Positions 62,301 through 64,000 of a stretch of DNA of 64,000 bases are shown here, piece by piece (positions within the stretch are counted from its first letter, which is position 1; the number at the start of each line of letters is the position of its first letter). The notes under the pieces were generated by a model that had not been told where the DNA came from, did no database searches, and was given only the letters and a program-made list of their open reading frames with translations. The translations under genes were made by a program, and so were the position numbers. The DNA comes from Giardia intestinalis (Eukaryota), in the NCBI GenBank assembly GCA_000002435.2, contig CM018793.1; one strand, given 5' to 3'.

Positions 62301-63492
62301 TGGGTCGAGTGCCTAATGGATACAAGTCTGCATTGAATGGGAGGAGATCTGTGAGGCGGCCAAACCACAACCTGCCTCCCACATCTACAGTTGCTATTGC
62401 TGATGGAGTAAATTTTGGTCCGGGATTCAGAGTCGTACTCTGAGCGTCTGATGGGAGAATCACCTGCTGTCGAGACTCGTTAATGTATCCGTCCTGGACT
62501 CTAAGGAGAAACCCAACTTCAAATGCATACACATGGGAACTCGTTGTGAGCACCTGGACCAAGTCGCCTTGCTTTAAGGCGAGAGACAGGTCATACTCCA
62601 GGCGAGTGGTAACCACTGCATCTATAACATCATCTATCTTGGGCACCGATGGCAAATGCTCCATGCAAATTGGACACGTGTGCTGTCGCCAATACAGCGT
62701 GCAAGCGTAGATACATGCAGCGCAAAAGGTATGTCCGCACTTTGTGGTCATAGGCTTAACAAACGGGTCATGACAAACACGGCAGAAATAACGGCGTTCT
62801 AGTCCATACACCTTGACTACTTGCTGCAAAGAAATGGGATCTTTTGTTAAAACCTTAACCGGGATGCACTCATTTTTGTCTATGTTTGTAAAGTAGACTC
62901 CCTTACCTGCTCTGTTACTAACTGAATCATTGACATGAGTAGACTTGGTGTCCATTATAAGTGTTGGTATTCCCGAATTCTCTGATAAGACGTCCTCATC
63001 GTCCGGTGGTGTAGTGTTGAGTTGCAAAGAAACACTATTTAGATCTGTACTGGAGGAAAGTGGCTCCTTAGAATGGCTCCCTCTTCTATGCTTGTCTTCT
63101 CTCGGTTGATCTTCAGACAGCTGTGATTCTGAATGAGATGGGGTCTGGATTGCCTGTAAAGAACTAATGCTTGATTCTAGAAGCAAAGGTTGTAATGGCA
63201 ACAAGGGTCCGACGTCCTCTGCAGGAGAAAGTGAATGTGGCGGACCTTGCTGATGTTGATGAGGCGTGTTCAAGATGTTTGTTGCTTCTTTGCAACGTGG
63301 AGTATAGTCTACTAACGTGACATTTATTGAATCATGATCGAGAGAGAGCAAGGTGTTGCAAAGTCCCTTTTCAACAACCACAAGCATACCCTCTACTTCA
63401 GCATTAATGGCTTCCAGCTCAGCTTCTGCAAAAGAGGACAACGGCTGAGCAAGTGCAAAATTGCGTGCTGACAAATCTGGAGAGAATGGCAT
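59389..63492 (-). CDS. Protein with three C3HC4 RING-finger domains (putative multi-RING E3 ubiquitin ligase-like), hypothetical
   Basis: Long minus-strand ORF. The track start 63585 is TTG. The first ATG is at 63490-63492 (MPFSPDLSARNF...). The three RING signatures are CRVCHDPFVKPMTTKCGHTFCAACIYACTLYWRQHTCPIC, CVGCKQLLRLPVKLKCGHFYCYNCALDSLKMSWPCLGC and CSACSQVVRHPCRLRCGHLVCRSCAVTYYVGRMGCLVC, each followed by a ~100-150 aa region. The remaining sequence is unique and Ser/Pro-rich near the N-terminus. Confidence 0.7.
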   Translation of the reverse strand: MPFSPDLSARNFALAQPLSSFAEAELEAINAEVEGMLVVVEKGLCNTLLSLDHDSINVTLVDYTPRCKEATNILNTPHQHQQGPPHSLSPAEDVGPLLPLQPLLLESSISSLQAIQTPSHSESQLSEDQPREDKHRRGSHSKEPLSSSTDLNSVSLQLNTTPPDDEDVLSENSGIPTLIMDTKSTHVNDSVSNRAGKGVYFTNIDKNECIPVKVLTKDPISLQQVVKVYGLERRYFCRVCHDPFVKPMTTKCGHTFCAACIYACTLYWRQHTCPICMEHLPSVPKIDDVIDAVVTTRLEYDLSLALKQGDLVQVLTTSSHVYAFEVGFLLRVQDGYINESRQQVILPSDAQSTTLNPGPKFTPSAIATVDVGGRLWFGRLTDLLPFNADLYPLGTRPTRGSIVIDSRKLNLKLFDKQATKNKIECFSLERTLEKARFIRRSEVTSTSAAASSEDQAPFAKNELCMFANEIYNYELCMTTNHLARDPLAYADNFLTKISRGSQERYAEHFEELQQLQVVVTDLAEEARKNLDFDENDYICSLSHAKFFSPSEFPDYFERPESSSNYRLLMAENAATRSVELQGPNGQERVTNICPYLSIVTNLAFWNKLRDFCCVGCKQLLRLPVKLKCGHFYCYNCALDSLKMSWPCLGCGVRLSLCDLDLDTSFSSASHCPTDEATDNTLYPFVRTSRFVPINSPLLDAINSLFPLHKALLDKWQPVRINLAVNTIGMIYDDPSYNTVRVLTDPDTIVTVSVGDLTPLDLREFRPALRGNSGVLLASTLFQSHIGVYTSPNISTGKDLTDNLEPPCDFFDECPNNFFTHALVKIFNKSRAMVLMRNGPFFAPLQNMTNPFLITSIRLVPDFSRIITLFSYLLRYIKEIKMKTEKELVTRQYRERYMEENHIGFVKDDLHVQRRQAAEGICANAWKDSKPNAPHIEKVIEHEDNKKVRASSIVPRSHTKKPLQAFERQRYQAQINNGAKLAVPIKPLTHPFSVHLIEHKDTLLANTAAKNKLAELRKEEQRVIKLMRSNPQMEATISTFASVLKVLFRTGARDFLCSACSQVVRHPCRLRCGHLVCRSCAVTYYVGRMGCLVCDTNVLSVHDLFLDISSFQQTAAYVPRYLHGEQIDKGMFVIRPEVRKNGMGIVLSTLHHIGTDYAAVRFVEGTITVRVSELQTVLPKQQMSIASLPGSSLSCLFASQIALRDQLIGSACVYWPPEDLDLIADPFSPLRRGLFGLICDYDSKTVTVTFETGVETRVPPSHLLSLQLVGPMPKFEIQRRWCLAELRAKEEKERYEQNRAIEMQIIVSLERDDVRDLELAKSARQLGPGARIPSCRPADLGDYHPPAIFFSGAVCREQLARVRCRAGK

Positions 63493-63734
63493 CCGTGTTT
63501 TTGGGTTTAGATTTAGACTAATCGGAAATTGTTGGCTTGAGTGCTTCGACGGCTTAGCAACGTAGTGGACACATCCGGTTACCAAGTGTGTGTAATCGCG
63601 CGTAATTGTGAGAACACTCAGTAGCAGAGAATCGGTGCAGACGAACAGGTTGGGCTTGAATAGCAGCGATGCAATGGCTCAAGTACTTCATTGTTCATAG
63701 AAGATCTAGAGCACAGAGACTTAAAGACTTTAGT

Positions 63735-64000
63735 TCAAAAAATACAGAGTCGCGGTTCTGTCACCTCTTCCTGAGACGAATGGCAGTGGACAAAAACACT
63801 CTTGTGGCAGTCCATTATATTCTCTCTGATCTGCTTCGGATTCCCATCAACAAGAAGCTCTTCGTGCGTCGCATTGGCCAGGTTGCAGCAGCGGCAACCT
63901 GTCACGAGAATGAGTTGATTCTTGCAATCATCCTCTTGCTGCGCGCTCTGCAAAGCAATGCACACATTACTGAAAAGAATATTTACTACCAATACTTCGT
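63735..64000 (-). CDS. 3' end of a minus-strand gene continuing beyond the window end (product unknown)
   Basis: The frame is open from the window edge down to TGA at 63735-63737: ...VVNILFSNVCIALQSAQQEDDCKNQLILVTGCRCCNLANATHEELLVDGNPKQIRENIMDCHKSVFVHCHSSQEEVTEPRLCIF*. The track start at 63992 is TTG, so this is most likely an internal fragment of a longer gene. No family recognised. Confidence 0.3.
   Translation of the reverse strand, partial: EVLVVNILFSNVCIALQSAQQEDDCKNQLILVTGCRCCNLANATHEELLVDGNPKQIRENIMDCHKSVFVHCHSSQEEVTEPRLCIF

Noticed and set aside
1-64000. A novel prokaryotic-style defence/mobile system
   Set aside because: All recognisable genes are eukaryotic (TOR, PCNA, dynein, CPSF73, VSP) and monocistronic, with Giardia-type signals. 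Nothing resembles restriction, toxin-antitoxin, CRISPR or phage modules.

Overview
This 64 kb window looks like compact nuclear DNA of the diplomonad Giardia intestinalis (lamblia).

Evidence for the organism call:
- A cysteine-rich surface protein ends in the diagnostic VSP tail ...CRGKA.
- A second CxxC/CxC high-cysteine membrane protein (HCMP) is present.
- There is a NEK-type kinase fused to ankyrin repeats and a 'protein 21.1'-type ankyrin protein.
- Genes are packed with 1-150 bp intergenic spacers.
- Short AT-rich stretches sit directly in front of ATGs.
- AGTAAAC-type poly(A) signals lie at or over stop codons.

Gene order, low to high coordinate:
1. Partial RING-finger gene (-), running off the window start.
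2. A ~0.7 kb dispersed repeat (copy A) followed by ~1.4 kb of GC-rich apparently non-coding DNA.
3. NEK pseudokinase with ankyrin repeats (-).
4. VSP (+) carrying 12 near-identical 225-bp tandem repeats.
5. Repeat copy B.
6. Coiled-coil protein (-).
7. DWNN-domain protein (-).
8. Ankyrin-repeat protein (-).
9. TOR kinase (+, ~3227 aa).
10. CPSF73-like beta-CASP nuclease (-).
11. Nna1/CCP-type M14 carboxypeptidase (+).
12. Large type I membrane protein (-).
13. A ~1680-aa HCMP reading frame (+) interrupted by one in-frame TAA.
14. Repeat copy C.
15. A very large (5572 aa) divergent dynein heavy chain (+).
16. PCNA (-).
17. Uracil phosphoribosyltransferase (-).
18. tRNA-Glu(UUC) (+).
19. A protein with three RING fingers (-).
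20. The 3' end of a further minus-strand gene at the window end.

The supplied ORF track evidently allows non-ATG (TTG/GTG) starts. Several listed N-termini (TOR, dynein, VSP, NEK, DWNN, RING) were therefore re-anchored to the first plausible in-frame ATG preceded by an AT-rich initiator. Many listed ORFs are antisense or GC-rich artefacts.

This is a eukaryotic window and no prokaryote-style defence or operon system is present. The points most worth a second look are:
- the three-copy dispersed repeat bracketing the surface-antigen genes;
- the long perfect tandem array inside the VSP;
- the stop-interrupted HCMP;
- the outsized divergent dynein;
- the multi-RING gene family.
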